Shown: one piece after another, positions 24,662 through 38,354 of the stretch
How the letters are laid out: each line of letters opens with the position of its first letter
Numbering within the stretch: position 1 is the stretch's first letter
Origin: Octopus bimaculoides
Lineage: Eukaryota
NCBI RefSeq assembly: GCF_001194135.2
Contig: NC_068986.1
Span: 46,057,251 to 46,107,152, forward strand
Reading direction: 5' to 3'
DNA: 49,902 nucleotides
Position numbers and translations under genes: made by a program
The notes under the pieces: model-generated
What the model was told of the DNA's origin: nothing
Databases searched by the model: none
Seen by the model: the letters and a program-made list of their open reading frames with translations, nothing else

Positions 24662-24885
24662 CATTTTGCCAGAAACATTAGAGTGTCTGACAAAATGCCT
24701 AATGGTATATATTTATGACCCTTTACAGTTTGAGTTCAAATCCTGTTCAGGTCAACTTTACCTTTCATCCTGTATGAATAAATAAAATAAAGTGCTAAAC
24801 AAATATTGGGATTGGTTTATTTGACTATACTTCCCTCAAAAGTTTGTGATCTTGCACCAATGTTATAAATCAAAACTAAATATGT
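24662..24885 (+). mobile_element. Diverged Meta-like SINE
   Basis: gagttcaaatcc B-box and ggtcaactttacctttcatcc core; homologous to 1214-1438. Confidence 0.7.
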
Positions 24886-26199
24886 GAAAGCCAAAGATCA
24901 AAATGTAAATTGCTATCCAGCACCAGTTTCGATTTTTGATTGAAGATAATTCCTTTCATATATGCCACTAAAGGTCTCTTAAAAGGTGTAGACATCATAC
25001 ATTTCCCTCCTATATTCTGTTGATTCATGAACTTATGTTAAAATAGGAGATCAATAGTAAACTAATTAAAGTAATGAAAGATGAATTCCTCATCATTGCT
25101 AAGCATGTCAGCAGTCATCCGAATTGTAATTAGAATTAAGGTATAAAGTGGATCTACAATCTGTATAGAGGTCTATATGAAACATGTTTACAATTTAAGA
25201 CGATGATTTGGATACATTTTAAACAGAACAAGTCTTTGAATATTGACCTTCTTCATTTCACCCTTTACAAGCAGTATTTCAATAAATGCCAGTTTATAAA
25301 TCTTCTATAACATATGTTTATGGTTAGATGTACCAATACAAAATATAATTTCCTGATAATAAGCAAAAGTTTGTAAGTTATCACATTACAAATTCTCTTT
25401 AACATCTATCATATTCTTTCCCAGTTTGTTCATTAATGAATTTAAAATAATGTTGGTACAAGTAAAAACTATGTGTTGTGAACAATGTCTTGATGTGTCC
25501 AATGTAAATACTTTAACATAAACTACAGAGAAAAATGAGCCAAACTTTGAACTAAATTATAATACTTAGATATAAAACTTAGTGAAAAGTACTATGGGTT
25601 AATAATATTTTTGTAGTGATATTATATACAACTCAGATTTGTAACTCAGTAAAAAATATTCAAGTTAGTAATGCAAATGGTTAAATACACAACTTCTAAA
25701 GATATTACTCAACAAGTAATTGATACATAGATTTCTGTCCTTTCACACAGCACACAATAGTTGTAGAAACATAATCAGATTTAACATATGTGGCACACAA
25801 ACAAGTTTTAAGATATAAAATAAGAACTATTTTCCACTTAATGTGAGTGAAAAATTCTAGAAATCTATAAGCTATAATCTCTTACATGGCTACTCAACAA
25901 TAAGCAAATCATTTAGAATTTAGAAGAATGCTGAATAATCAGTTTATAATAATTCCCTAATAGTTCAACACCCATTTGAATCTACAAGTTTATGAAATAT
26001 TTAAAATGAATTTTCAAATAAATGGGCATGTACAAGTAGACATCTAAAGGAAAGGCTACCAATTAGAGCTCAATGTCATTAGGCTAACCAAATATTACAC
26101 CATAAAAATTCAAAATAGAGACATTACAACAGAATGGAAAAAAATGACTAAACATAGGACATAATAAAATATGAAATAAAATAAGTCTTATTGCAGCAC

Positions 26200-26295
<96 letters not shown>
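26200..26295 (+). repeat. Long perfect (AAT)n microsatellite (~32 units)
   Basis: Read directly. A second, imperfect (AAT)n tract is at 26858-26944. Confidence 0.98.
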
Positions 26296-26297
<2 letters not shown>

Positions 26298-26464
26298 TAA
26301 TAGGAAATAGGCATAAAACCTAGTTTAGCACAGTTATTAGGGACAGCTAGAATATTTAGGAGAGTTCTTGGTATCTAAGGTTACTTGTTGTAGCCTGATG
26401 TTAGGCATTTTTCTTTTCAACAGTCTAATCTGTTGTGCGTATATGAAATAATAATAATAATAAT

Positions 26465-26810
26465 GGTTATGATTTCAAATTGGACGATTTTAAGGGAGAG
26501 GTATAGTCAATTATATCCCTTCCACTGCTCACTGCTACATATTTTATCAACCTAAAAGAATGAAATGCAAAGTATTTGAACTTAAAATATAAAGAGCCAT
26601 GCTGCAAACTATTTTATTTGTAGTGCTAATAATTCTATTGGATTGCTGTAGTTTTTTTAATAATGATAATTACATCAACTCCTATACTTTATTATTTTTC
26701 AACCCTGAAAGAATGAAATGCAAATTTTACTTCAGTGGTATTTGAAATCAGAGTGGAAAGAGCCAAAAGAAATACCACAAAGCATTTTGTTCAAGGCACT
26801 CAAAGATGTA
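26465..26810 (-). mobile_element. Two adjacent diverged Meta-like SINE copies (~26465-26600 and ~26640-26810)
   Basis: Both contain tcaacc..aaagaatgaaatgcaaa, the reverse complement of the family core, with B-box-like sequence upstream on the minus strand. Confidence 0.6.
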
Positions 26811-26882
26811 CATCTTGTTGCATAGTGAAAGTATGAAATACAAATAAGACTTCTGAAATAATAATAATAAAAATAATAATGA

Positions 26883-26946
<64 letters not shown>

Positions 26947-27329
26947 GAAACTGGTGCAAAAAGGACCAAAGAAAGATGCAGAGATACTCTGATCATGGCT
27001 GTGCATGGACATGTGATAAAGACAAATATTGTTAAATTCAAAATTGTCAGAAATTAGCAAGATTGTTGTATGGTATGTGAAGCTGTTGACCATTTAGTGT
27101 AGAGCAGACAGTTCACACTGTTCAAGATTCTTGCTAGACATTAACTGTGCACTATTTTAAATAAAAATTAGTGTTGGTTGCACATAGTAGAGGTATGATT
27201 TCTTTTGACTATTATTAAGCTTATTACATTATGTCTTTTGTTATGCTGTGCTGGTAATTATGGCAAAGTTGCTGAGGATTAGGTGGTGGAGAGGCACAAA
27301 AAAAATGATAACAAAGGAACTCCTCATTT

Positions 27330-27470
27330 TGTTTGGACTACTCCTTTATTTATCAATCCTGAAATGATGAAAGGCAAAGTTTACATCAGTAGGATTTGAA
27401 CTCAAAGAACATGGACCAGGAACAAGTAGCCATAAGTTATTTAATCTGATGCTCTGGTGACTATTCAACA
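27330..27470 (-). mobile_element. Diverged Meta-like SINE
   Basis: ttatcaatcctgaaatgatgaaaggcaaagtttacatcagtaggatttgaactc is the reverse complement of the B-box plus core. Confidence 0.7.
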
Positions 27471-28213
27471 TCAAAACAATATCTTACTAAGATCTAACAT
27501 ACCAACTCAGTAATGAGAAATAAAAACAATATGAAAGAGTGGCAGCACAGAGTTAAATCTATCAATACTACTTTCTAGTCTTTTATTGAACCTTTTATTA
27601 TGATTGTTCATTACATATTAATGTAATAGAATTAAATATTCCAATTCTAAGAGCACCTCTCATTTATTTACAGGCTTTAACTATCAATGCCATCAGAGAT
27701 AAATTTAAGGTGTCAAATTTATTCAGATGGCAAAAAAAAATTCTATATGTTAATAACTAATTCAATAGATAGAGAAATGATGACTATCTATGGTAAAGGA
27801 AATGCTTGATGTGATGTTTAAGTAAAGAAAGACTAGCACTCACAAAAAGCCAATTCTGAATCCTTGTAACTTGTAAAATAAGACATATAATAGAAGTGAT
27901 ATTGATATAGATGTCTCAAAATCAATAAGCTGTTGCAGAGAAATTTAAACTTAAAAGAAATAATTAATTAGATATATTTCCCTAAGGAACAAGTTAGGGG
28001 TTGTAAATGCTATAAATATGTAGCAAGAATAAATAAAATATGTCATGTGATATGGGAATAATATTTAACAACCATAGTTTAATATCTATTTTGCAAGCTT
28101 ACAACCATGAAATGGATGATGTTGTGATAATGTAGCAGAACTACATATTACATGGTAATATGTGAGTCAACCTGCACAGTAGACGAATATATCGATGAGG
28201 CATCTAGCTTCCA

Positions 28214-28287
28214 TTTGATACACTAGCCTCGCTTTGATACAGTAGCCTCGTTCTGAGACACTAGCCTTGTTCTGAGCTACACTGTAG
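28214..28287 (+). repeat. 19-bp tandem repeat, 3 copies plus a partial
   Basis: tttgatacactagcctcgc / tttgatacagtagcctcgt / tctgagacactagccttgt / tctgagctacac. Confidence 0.85.
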
Positions 28288-29139
28288 AAACGACCTCAGT
28301 TCCTGCCAGACTTCGTTCAAAGACACATGTCATCTCTGCAGCTCCACATGCAATCTCCCATGTGTGACTCACATGTCTATTCACCTTGACACAAGATATA
28401 TTACATACTGTAATACAAATATTATATGTAACTTCTTTCAGAGCAAAAGCAAAAATCAAAACCTTCTTTGTATGTAAACACACATGTTTTTGTACCATAC
28501 TACATGCTTCCACCACAAAAGGTGAACACAGAATAAACAATATATTTAGACACAAAAATGTCTTATGGTGATTCATACTAACTGCTTTTCCATTTAATAA
28601 CATGCACTTGAACAGCCAATGACAAATGCTATAATATTTAATGTTGTTGGAAAGAATCATTATATAAAATTTTAAAAGCCTTGACACACTGAAAATACTG
28701 TGTTCACTAAAAATATTTTAAAGCTTTTAAAGCATCAAAAATGGATAAAATTAAGTAAATCCCAAAACAAAAATATAGCATAGAGTATCATGGTTATTTT
28801 CATGCAATTAAGAAATTACATTCTAGATGAATGTTTTACAGAAGACATGAACTATGAAGTGAGAGACTTGAATAAGCACAAACTCCTCAAAGTTAGTCCT
28901 GAAGACTGCCTAACTATAGCAAAATCTGATGGAGTGGGTTAAAGGTGATATCCTTCCATGAATATATAGAGTTCATAAAACAGCATATATTGAAATATGG
29001 AATATGAATGGAACAATATGGAAAACAAAAAGCAGGCACTAATCTTAGCTACGAGTGAATGCTAAAACAGAAAAGAAACTGAAACTAGACTTGTGTGTGT
29101 TCATTCTAATATTCTAACATTTTAATATATTTTCAAGGA

Positions 29140-29275
29140 AATTGAGTTCAGATTCTGCCAAGGTTGACTTTGCCTTTCATCCGATTGGGGTTGATAAAAT
29201 AAGTACCAGTTGAACTCTGGTGTTAATGTAATCGACTTTCCCCAAAATTGCTGCCCTTATGTCAAAGCTTAATAT
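29140..29275 (+). mobile_element. Meta-like SINE, 5'-truncated at the B-box
   Basis: gagttcagattctgccaaggttgactttgcctttcatccgattggggttgataaaataagtaccag. Confidence 0.8.
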
Positions 29276-30249
29276 TTTGTCAAGAAAATCAAATTACTTT
29301 TTAAAGTTGTTATCATAAACAATTACAATAGGGAGATATTTATAGAACATATATGAAGGGCTAAAACTTTTGTACTTTATAAAGTTTATTTTATTTTGAA
29401 GCCACAATTTATGTAGTAAATCACTACGAATTAAAATTAGCTAAAGCCTGGTAACTCCAAAATACAAAGAATGAAAACCTGCACCATAACAATGAAGATA
29501 AAGATCTGCAAATTTTTTAAAGTTTTAAGTATTTAAACAAGATAACCATGCCAATAAGCAGATGACTGGTTCAAACAAATAATACAAAATATTATCAAGA
29601 AAACTGTTAGATGTATATTTATATACATAAAATATAGCTATTTCATCTAAAATTGCAGAGAAGAAAAATCTCTTATGTAAAGATATCTAAATTACAACTC
29701 TCCCTAACTTGATGTTCTCATTCAAACCCATGATTATGTGTGAATAAAGCATGCATGAATGATTGAATATGTTTATTTCCTTTGTTGCTTCACACATAGC
29801 ACATATTAATATGAAGGAAGTTTAGTTAGATATCCTTCTTGGCATTAAACATGAAATGCTTCACTTATGAAATAAGAGAAACATAATGTATTGATACGAG
29901 CTGCTTCAATGAACACTATTTTATTTTGGCTTAAGTTAACTCTTGTAATCTAGTTAGAATTAATACTAATTTATCAAGCTGTATGTTTAACTATTAGTAC
30001 TTGCTCTCATACACATATACATCACACGTATTCATACATATGAACCCATACATAAATGTATAACCACACTAATGTCAATAAGGGAGTCTCTATGTGACCA
30101 TTTTATTTGCTTAAAAATGGTAGTCAAATATCTTTCAAATCACAGCCTCTAATCTTAAGAAATAAAGAGTAAAGTATTACATAATTCTAAATACACTAAC
30201 AATAGATTTCCTGCAGATTTAATGAAAATTCATATCAGTTGAGCTATAC

Positions 30250-30636
30250 ATGCTTCCCAACCATATAGTTCTGGCTTCAGTGCCACTGCATATCACCTTG
30301 GGCATGTGTCTTCTACTCTGGGCCAACCAAAGCCTTGTGAGTGGATTTGGTAGACAGAAAATAAAAGAAGCTCATTGTATATATCTATATATGTGTGTGT
30401 GTGTTTGTGCATGTGTGTGTGTCTTTATGTCTGTGTTTCCCCCCACCCCTACCCCACTTGACAACTGGTGTTTGTGTGTTTATGTCATTGAACTTAGTGA
30501 TTCAGCAGAAACCAATGGAATAAGTACTAGGTTTAAGAAAAAAGTACTGGGGTCAATTCATTCAACTAAAGATTTTTCCAGCTGGTGCACCAGTATGGCC
30601 ACAGTATGATGATTGAAACAATTAAAAGATAAAAGA
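30250..30636 (+). mobile_element. CORE-like SINE lacking the first ~20 nt
   Basis: Colinear with 21578-21975, including the internal (TG)n and the 3' module. Confidence 0.82.
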
Positions 30637-31011
30637 TATCAGTGACTGAGTGTCCCTCACCAACATGTAATCTTAACATAATTCTCAAGACAAATAAGCA
30701 TGTAAGCATGACGCAAAGTTCATCCTTTACATTATAAGGGCAGTCTATATGACAAGTTTCTGCACAATTTTCATGCGGTCAATTTCATTTACAAAGCTTG
30801 AGTCAATGCAAGACAATGACAAAAGACACTTTGAAACATAAGACATAATGACTGCAAAGTCAACCTCTTAAAAACTCGTCCAGGCCATGAATATTCACTT
30901 TTACATTTGAATGTCTACAGTCACAAAATCTGCATAGTTATTACAAGGTGTGCATGTGTGAGTGTGCAGAATTTAAACCTGTCAAGAAGTTTTGCCAGAT
31001 CATATAAGATG

Positions 31012-31046
<35 letters not shown>

Positions 31047-31178
31047 NNNNNNNNNNNNNNNNNNNNNNNNNNNNNNNNNNNNNNNNNNNNNNNNNNNNNN
31101 NNNNNNNNNNNNNNNNNNNNNNNNNNNNNNNNNNNNNNNNNNNNNNNNNNNNNNNNNNNNNNNNNNNNNNNNNNNNNN

Positions 31179-31220
<42 letters not shown>

Positions 31221-31540
31221 TTATATATGTAACCTATGTCAGTATGGAAAATGGATGTAAAATAATGATCATATATGATATTATACACATATATACACAC
31301 ACTTGTGTGAGAGTAGATATATAAACTGTTGCATCCATCATGGGTGCTCTCTTTTACTTTTTAAGCTGCAAAGCAAACCCCATAGAGCTGGTGACTTGAA
31401 AACTGCCCAACTCACTCATTAAGTCATTAAGAACCAATTTGAGCAACAGTGAAACAAAGCTTGTTTTCTATAACTAGCAATAAAGCAATCTCTAGAGTGA
31501 TAGTGCCATAAAAATATGCATACTGTACACTTTGTAAAGT

Positions 31541-31690
31541 GGTTGGTTTTAGATTGAGTATCCAGCTCTATAAATCAGGCCATGAAGAAGGCATTGGAAC
31601 CAGATATGCTCCTCTATCCTCTTGGATTTCATTGAACAATCCCACCCTACACATGCCAGTGTGAAAACAGAATAATGATGATGATAATAC
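31541..31690 (+). mobile_element. Old RTE-tail family fragment
   Basis: ggttggttttagattgagtatccagctctataaa ... acacatgccagtgtgaaaacagataatgatgatgat. Similar diverged fragments occur at ~34200-34315 (plus) and ~40895-41000 (minus). Confidence 0.55.
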
Positions 31691-32997
31691 TGTGTGTGTA
31701 TGGATGTGTATATGGATATGAATGTTGACATTTCATGACTTTACTTGTCACATAGCTTTCTGACATTATAAACGTTTATGTTGTGCTTTCAAAAACCAGT
31801 GGAATATGAAATAAAAGTCCCACATGTATAGGTTGATGACAAGAAGAGCTATCATGGAGGAAACTGTGTGCAAGTATGCATGTGTGTGTATTTATAAATG
31901 TGCATGTGTATGGGTGTGTCTGTGTGTGCGTACACACACACCATGTATGTGTGTGTATGTCATATGCTTGTATGTCATATGTCACTTGTCATATGTTTGT
32001 AAATGCATTTGCAACCCAAAACATCAGGGCTAATTACTATAAGGGAACATTTCAATGCCTTAATGTGATTTTTGATATTTAACATTTAATCTGCATTATT
32101 ATTGCTTTCTGTAACACAGATTTTTTTACATATTCCACAATGATTTTCAACAGATCCCATAAACAGCAGCACTCTTCAATATATAAACTAACATGCGCAT
32201 TCACGTGCGCGCACACACACACACACACACGTATGTGCATACATATGATAACAGCAAATGTCGCTATTGGCCACAAGGATCCACAAAGCTATAGCTAAGC
32301 TCTGGATTTACTAGCATCAAGGAGATAAGAAATAAACCTTTACCTGGATGCTGCTGTCTTCCATCAATATTCTTGGAAGATTGTAGTGCTTATTTATAAC
32401 GCATAAGCACAGAGAATTAAGTGAACAGCTTCAAAGACAATGAAATATCTGTAGCAAATTTGAACTGAAGATGCAAGCAGTGGTTATCCAATACTTTATT
32501 AACTATATATATAAATATATGTGTGTTTGTACCTGTGTGTGTGTATGTGCACACACAAACACATGATTATACCATTGTTAAAGCTATCTACTTTATCTGC
32601 TAGTTTATACTTCTTGCCTCTCTGACAAGGAAGTTCAAATAATGGAAAAGCAGTTAAATTTGATAATAATAATATATTATATAACAATATAAATATTCTA
32701 TGATATAAAAAAGAATATTCATGTACAGAATACTCTTCAAACTACTGCAAGTAAATGCATATACACAAACATGCATATATACATACATACATACCTGCAT
32801 ACATACATGAATGCATGCATGCATACATACATACATACATACATGCATACATACATACATGAATGCATGCATGCATAAGGCAAACATACATACATATCCG
32901 TTTGTTTATCCATCTATACTTTAATATCTGTATATGCTTATGTGTGTGTGTGTGTGTATGTATACATACATATATATATATATTCATATTCATATAC

Positions 32998-33034
<37 letters not shown>

Positions 33035-33289
33035 NNNNNNNNNNNNNNNNNNNNNNNNNNNNNNNNNNNNNNNNNNNNNNNNNNNNNNNNNNNNNNCCTG
33101 TGTACAGTTAGAAAGCATTTGCTCTGTGTCAACATAAAGTAATAAAGTGTTCCACTGAAGAGCTGTTGTGGATCTGCATCTGATTGCACTATGAATATCC
33201 ACTGCAAAGGATGAAAATAGCTATATTTGTGGAACCTGCTTATGGAACAAATGCTATAAACTGCATTGTGTGTTTATCATACTTTTTCC

Positions 33290-33324
<35 letters not shown>

Positions 33325-33496
33325 CTATATTATGTGGTAATACTTCAACAAGTAGAAAAGCAGGCGATCAGCTAAAAGAGTGAATGTGATATTATAACAA
33401 AAAGCACAGACCTTGTAAATACAGCTAATGGCAGAATACATTATTATTTTGACTCTGGCTAGGTGTATTTAAAAGATTTGTGGTATTTATTATAAG

Positions 33497-33553
<57 letters not shown>

Positions 33554-33578
33554 ACCTATTCTGCCATTGGCTGTATTT

Positions 33579-33633
<55 letters not shown>

Positions 33634-33972
33634 GCCTTTCTCCTGTAAAGACATTGGAGGCTAAGTTAGAATTTTTTGAGCACTACTAAGTATCTTCTAT
33701 ACAGAGAATTTCTGGATTTTATCTGTGAACTATATATATATGTATATTTATATATATATGATGAAACATGTCGGAATATTATCTATTTATATAGATAAAT
33801 AGATAAACGATTAATATATCTGTTTCCATTGTCTACTTTATTACATTTTCTTGGGATCTACTACATTAAGCATTTTAACTGGAATTAATACTATGTGTGG
33901 TCAGAACCAAATTTGAGACTTAATTGATATTTATCTGGACCTGTCTCCTTATTTTGTCATGTGTGTGCGCGC

Positions 33973-33974
<2 letters not shown>

Positions 33975-34015
<41 letters not shown>

Positions 34016-34094
34016 TCTCTCTCTCTCTCTGAGAATATCTAAACTCTGCGTGTGTGTGTGTGTGTCTCTCTCTCTGAGAATGTCTAATCTCTGC
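33975..34094 (+). repeat. Duplicated compound unit (GT)n(CT)n-GAGAAT.TCTAA.CTCTGC
   Basis: Two tandem copies with different microsatellite lengths and a conserved 19-nt linker. Confidence 0.85.
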
Positions 34095-35254
34095 GGTGGT
34101 CCCTGGCACAAATCACAATGTTATTGTAGCTGAGTAGCAGCCAGTGACATTTGTTGACACCTCTGCACTTTCAAATTCTTCAAGGATTAAAATTCTCTTA
34201 CTTGATGGGCAGATAAGGGTTGGTGACAGGAACAACATTCAGTTATAAAACTGTTGCTCTAACTGCTACCTGCTTAACTCATGCAAGCATGGGAAAAGAG
34301 GTATTAAATGAATAAGTAAATGAACAAAGAAATATATGTATCTATATATTTGTATCTAAATGTGTGTTTGTATATATACATACACACAGACATATATATT
34401 CATATATATCTATGTATACATGTGTTCATGTGTGTGTGTGTGTGTGTAAATGTTTATTGGCAGGTACCGCTCAAGAAATTGTATTGTTTTATGTCCAAGA
34501 ACTTGCTATTTTCTATAATGATGCAGTTCAATAAATAGAAATCAAAATGTACCAGACTTTAAAAGCAAAAGTATTGGGGTTGATAGTATCAACTCCAATT
34601 CTTCAATTTGGAGTTGGACAGGTTTTACACCATTTCCTTACTCATCATAGTTCATGTCATCATGCACAGACAACATCAGATAAAGTCAACTTACTTTGCT
34701 GTTGTGTGTGCCTTATAGTGTGGATAATACATGTCATCATACTATCAATGTTAAAGTGGTTGTCCTATGCTGAAGAATTAAAGTGTGCTTATTCAGAATC
34801 ACAGCTTTCTTACATAGCAATCTTGCTTTAGGCAATATTTTTGCAGTCAGTCACAACCCTTCATCTCATTATTTGTCACATCCATTACCAAGTGTTATAC
34901 ACACACACCACAACAATGGAGAAAATAAGCAGACGTTTTGTGCGTCATTATTTGTGGCATGTTTTTTTTTTAATGGTGGGATGCCATTTCAATCCCTATC
35001 ATCTTTATAGCAGTAGCTGGGTGTATTTGTTTACTGACAAGAGAAAAGAACCCATCCCCTTTATCCTACAACGTTCTCATTCCTTCTTTGGTTTTTGGCA
35101 GTTATAACTTTGTCTCAGTCATGGGAAAAGTCCTAACTAATGTTTTCTACACTCATTCCTTTTAAGAGTTTATCGCAAGTGAAGCAGTTTTAGAAGGAAT
35201 ACATACGTATGTATGTATGTATGTATGTATGTATGTATGGCTAAAGGCGACGTC

Positions 35255-35990
35255 AGTATATGTGAATGTTGACCAATAGCTTGTAAGTGAAAGTTGGTAG
35301 AGGGAAATTATTCAAAAGCCCATTCTCAATGAGTGTGTGTGCATATATGCACATGCATGTATGTGTCATCTACACATGTTTTTATTTGTGTCCATTTTGT
35401 GTTTGTGTTTGACACAATGCTTCCGGTTAAAACATGACAGGTGCTGTGTCAAAATGGTAAATTGGCCAAATAGCAAATCAGAATGATAAAATAAGTGAAA
35501 TAAGAACAGGGTTTCTATGACTGGCTAAAAATTAAAATGGTAACCTAGCATAGCCATACTCCATTGACTAAAAGCAGTAACTGAATAGAAGAAAATAATT
35601 AATAGTATTATTTGCCTGTTTGTATTGATAATTATGTGCCATTGTGACTCAAGGAGACAACAATATAAGTATATTGACCAATAGCTTGTGAGTGAAATTT
35701 GGTAGAAGGAAACTGTGAAACTGTTCAGAAGCCCATTATAGTTGTATGTGGTTGTTCATGTGTCTATATGCATGTTTGTCTGTGTCTGCTTTTTAGTTTG
35801 CATTTGACACGACCTTGCTGGTTTAAACAAGGCTAGTGCTGTGCCAAAACAATAACTTTGTTAACCTGTTAACCAGTAAAATATAAAATGATAAAATAAG
35901 TACCAGACCAAAATATTCACAAGGGTCACTATGATTGATTAAAGCTTGATGAAGAAAGTGCCCTACACAGCTAAAGTTCATTGACTAAAT
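35255..35990 (+). mobile_element. Two tandem, head-less, diverged CORE-like SINE bodies
   Basis: Both start at ttgaccaatagcttgt.agtgaaa.ttggtaga (~35269 and ~35673) and continue through a (TG)-rich middle, tttgacac and atgataaaataagt. Confidence 0.65.
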
Positions 35991-36439
35991 GTATCTCTAT
36001 AGTATGAGAGAATAGGAGGACAAGGAATATTTTTGATTAGCATGAATAGAGAGACAACAATTTGGATTTGCAGTTTTTATTTTTTATCCAGGAGCTTTGG
36101 CTATATAACCACATATTCAAGAGAATTCATATATATATATATNNNNNNNNNNNNNNNNNNNNNNNNNNNNNNNNNNNNNNNNNNNNNNNNNNNNNNNNNN
36201 NNNNNNNNNNNNNNNNNNNNNNNNNNNNNNNNNNNNNNNNNNNNNNNNNNNNNNNNNNNNNNNNNNNNNNNNNNNNNNNNNNNNNNNNNNNNNNNNNNNN
36301 NNNNNNNNNNNNNNNNNNNNNNNNNNNNNNNNNNNNNNNNNNNNNNNNNNNNNNNNNNNNNNNNNNNNNNNNNNNNNNNNNNNNNNNNNNNNNNNNNNNN
36401 NNNNNNNNNNNNNNNNNNNNNNNNNNNNNNNNNNNNNNN

Positions 36440-36473
<34 letters not shown>

Positions 36474-38138
36474 ATGATATATGTATTTGGGAGGATTTAA
36501 ATAAAACTTAAAAGGACATACATTTAGTTCTATATCACTAGTGTTTCCTATATAATGTTCATTATAATATTGGTTATAACTTCACTAAATGTTATTTTAT
36601 TTGCATTTTTAGATTATCATGCTTGAGGGGCTATTGTTGATTGTATTCTTATTTTTACCTTAAATAATTTGAAGTTTGGTGTTAATTGCTTTTCTTCTCA
36701 GCTCTGAACATCTTAGTCTATCATCTAATTGATCTATGCATACATAAAAATGCCTGTAATTTTGTTGGTGCATGAGTGTATGTATGCATGTGTGTCTGTG
36801 CATGCTTGTGCATACATATGCTTTACTCTTTAATTCAAATATGAGCCAAACACTGAAAGAAGGTTTGATTCTATTATTGAAATTTGGTCTTTAAATTTTA
36901 TTTAGTATTTTGTGAATGTATGTATATATCGCTTTTCAGTGGAGTAAAATAAAATGCAGAACATCATTCTACCAAATGATTAGATCTGCATGCGTGGTCA
37001 TTAAAAAGCATAATCCAACTAATTGCCGATCACCCACTTAGTTGAATGGCTTTTTGCATGAATAAACCAATAGTCTATATAAATTATAAGATGAACTTAT
37101 GGAACATTTTGCATAAATAGAAATTATTACAGATGAGTGTATGTGTGTGTGTATACACACGCACACACACATATATATGTATGTATATACACACAAGAAA
37201 GAGTGAGATAAGGGAGAGTAACTGAAGCCTTTGACAACTCTGTGATCAGTATCAAAAATATTTGTTTCACACTTATTCAAGAAATTCCCAATACACAACA
37301 CTGATATGAAATCAGATGCAAAAAATGCACAGCATGTCATTAGACTTCTCAAACAAATAAAAGATAACAGAAGGAAAATTGTAATAAATACTTTTTAGGA
37401 TTTTGTGTATGCTTTAAAGTATTATGTGGAATTTTAATGTTTCATATTTATTCAGATTTACATTGATTACCTTTATTTATAGACAAACACAAATATGTCT
37501 TTATATAATAGCTTATACAATATTTCATGATTTATTTAAACTGCTTACCTTTAATTAATCTGCACTCCACAGGTACTACTATTAGAATTAGCATGTCTTT
37601 AGTATTTCTAAACAATGTTTCAGAAATAATATTAAATAGATTATTTCTCTTTATGTTTATAATTCATTTCATTTAATTAATAATATTAAATTTTATCATA
37701 AACATTTTAAAACTCTACTTAGTTTAGTTTCCCCTTTGAAGAAAGACATTTCAGTCAATTCAAGAGTTGAAAGAAGAAAAGAATATGAGTCAACAAACTG
37801 GAGGAATTTCTTCCAAGAAGCCGACAGAATGGTTTCCGAATTATTACCAGAGAATCTAATAATGTTTCTAAACCATAGTTAGAAAGCTGTTGGGTTTGGA
37901 AAAAAGGTTGAGAAGAAATATTTCAAATGAATCAAAATAGAAACATTCTATGATTCCTTTCTGTAACCTGGAAGAATTTAATTATTTAAGAATTCCTTTT
38001 TCATAAACAAAGTCATAAGATAAGACATTAAAAACTTGCTTCTTTCTATAAATAATCTACAAAACTTTTCTTCCTCAAATATCTTATATAGGTATATAAA
38101 TGTATTTAATAATATAAGATATAAATGATATTGCTCAC

Positions 38139-38354
38139 GATTTTTACAGCTCCCATGGTGGTAAACTTTGATGTCTCGCTGACTCTTGCATGCTTCCGTC
38201 CTCAGATAGCAGTCATTGCTATATGTGATCCCATCAGTACCACAAACTGTTGCGATATCTAGTGAGCACATCAGGTTACAACGGCAGACTGGCTTTCGTT
38301 TATCATCCAACAAACAGACTGTTTGATCGGAACAAATGAACCCATCACAAGGAT
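38139..38354 (-). CDS. Internal coding exon encoding one follistatin-like (FOLN + Kazal) domain; agrin-like multi-FS protein most likely
   Basis: On the minus strand: pyrimidine tract and acceptor ttttcatttcttgcag|ATCCT, donor AAATC|gtgagc; 216 nt, phase 1-1. Translation (D)PCDGFICSDQTVCLLDDKRKPVCRCNLMCSLDIATVCGTDGITYSNDCYLRTEACKSQRDIKVYHHGSCKN has 10 Cys and the Kazal VCGxDGxTYxNxC motif. It resembles invertebrate agrin FS repeats from memory, but one exon cannot fix orthology, so no symbol is given. Confidence 0.92.

Noticed and set aside
26084-27093. Poly-Tyr, poly-Leu and poly-Ile ORFs, plus the many VCVC/HTHT/YIYI ORFs elsewhere
   Set aside because: These are translations of (AAT)n, (CA)n, (TA)n and (CATA)n microsatellites.
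28214-28287. Short direct repeats as a CRISPR-like array
   Set aside because: The units are contiguous with no spacers, the context is eukaryotic, and there are no cas genes.
28326-28385. C2H2-like peptide CHLCSSTCNLPCVTHMSIH on the plus strand
   Set aside because: The Cys-His spacing is 10 rather than 12, the conserved F and L are absent, and there is no linker, neighbouring finger or splice support.
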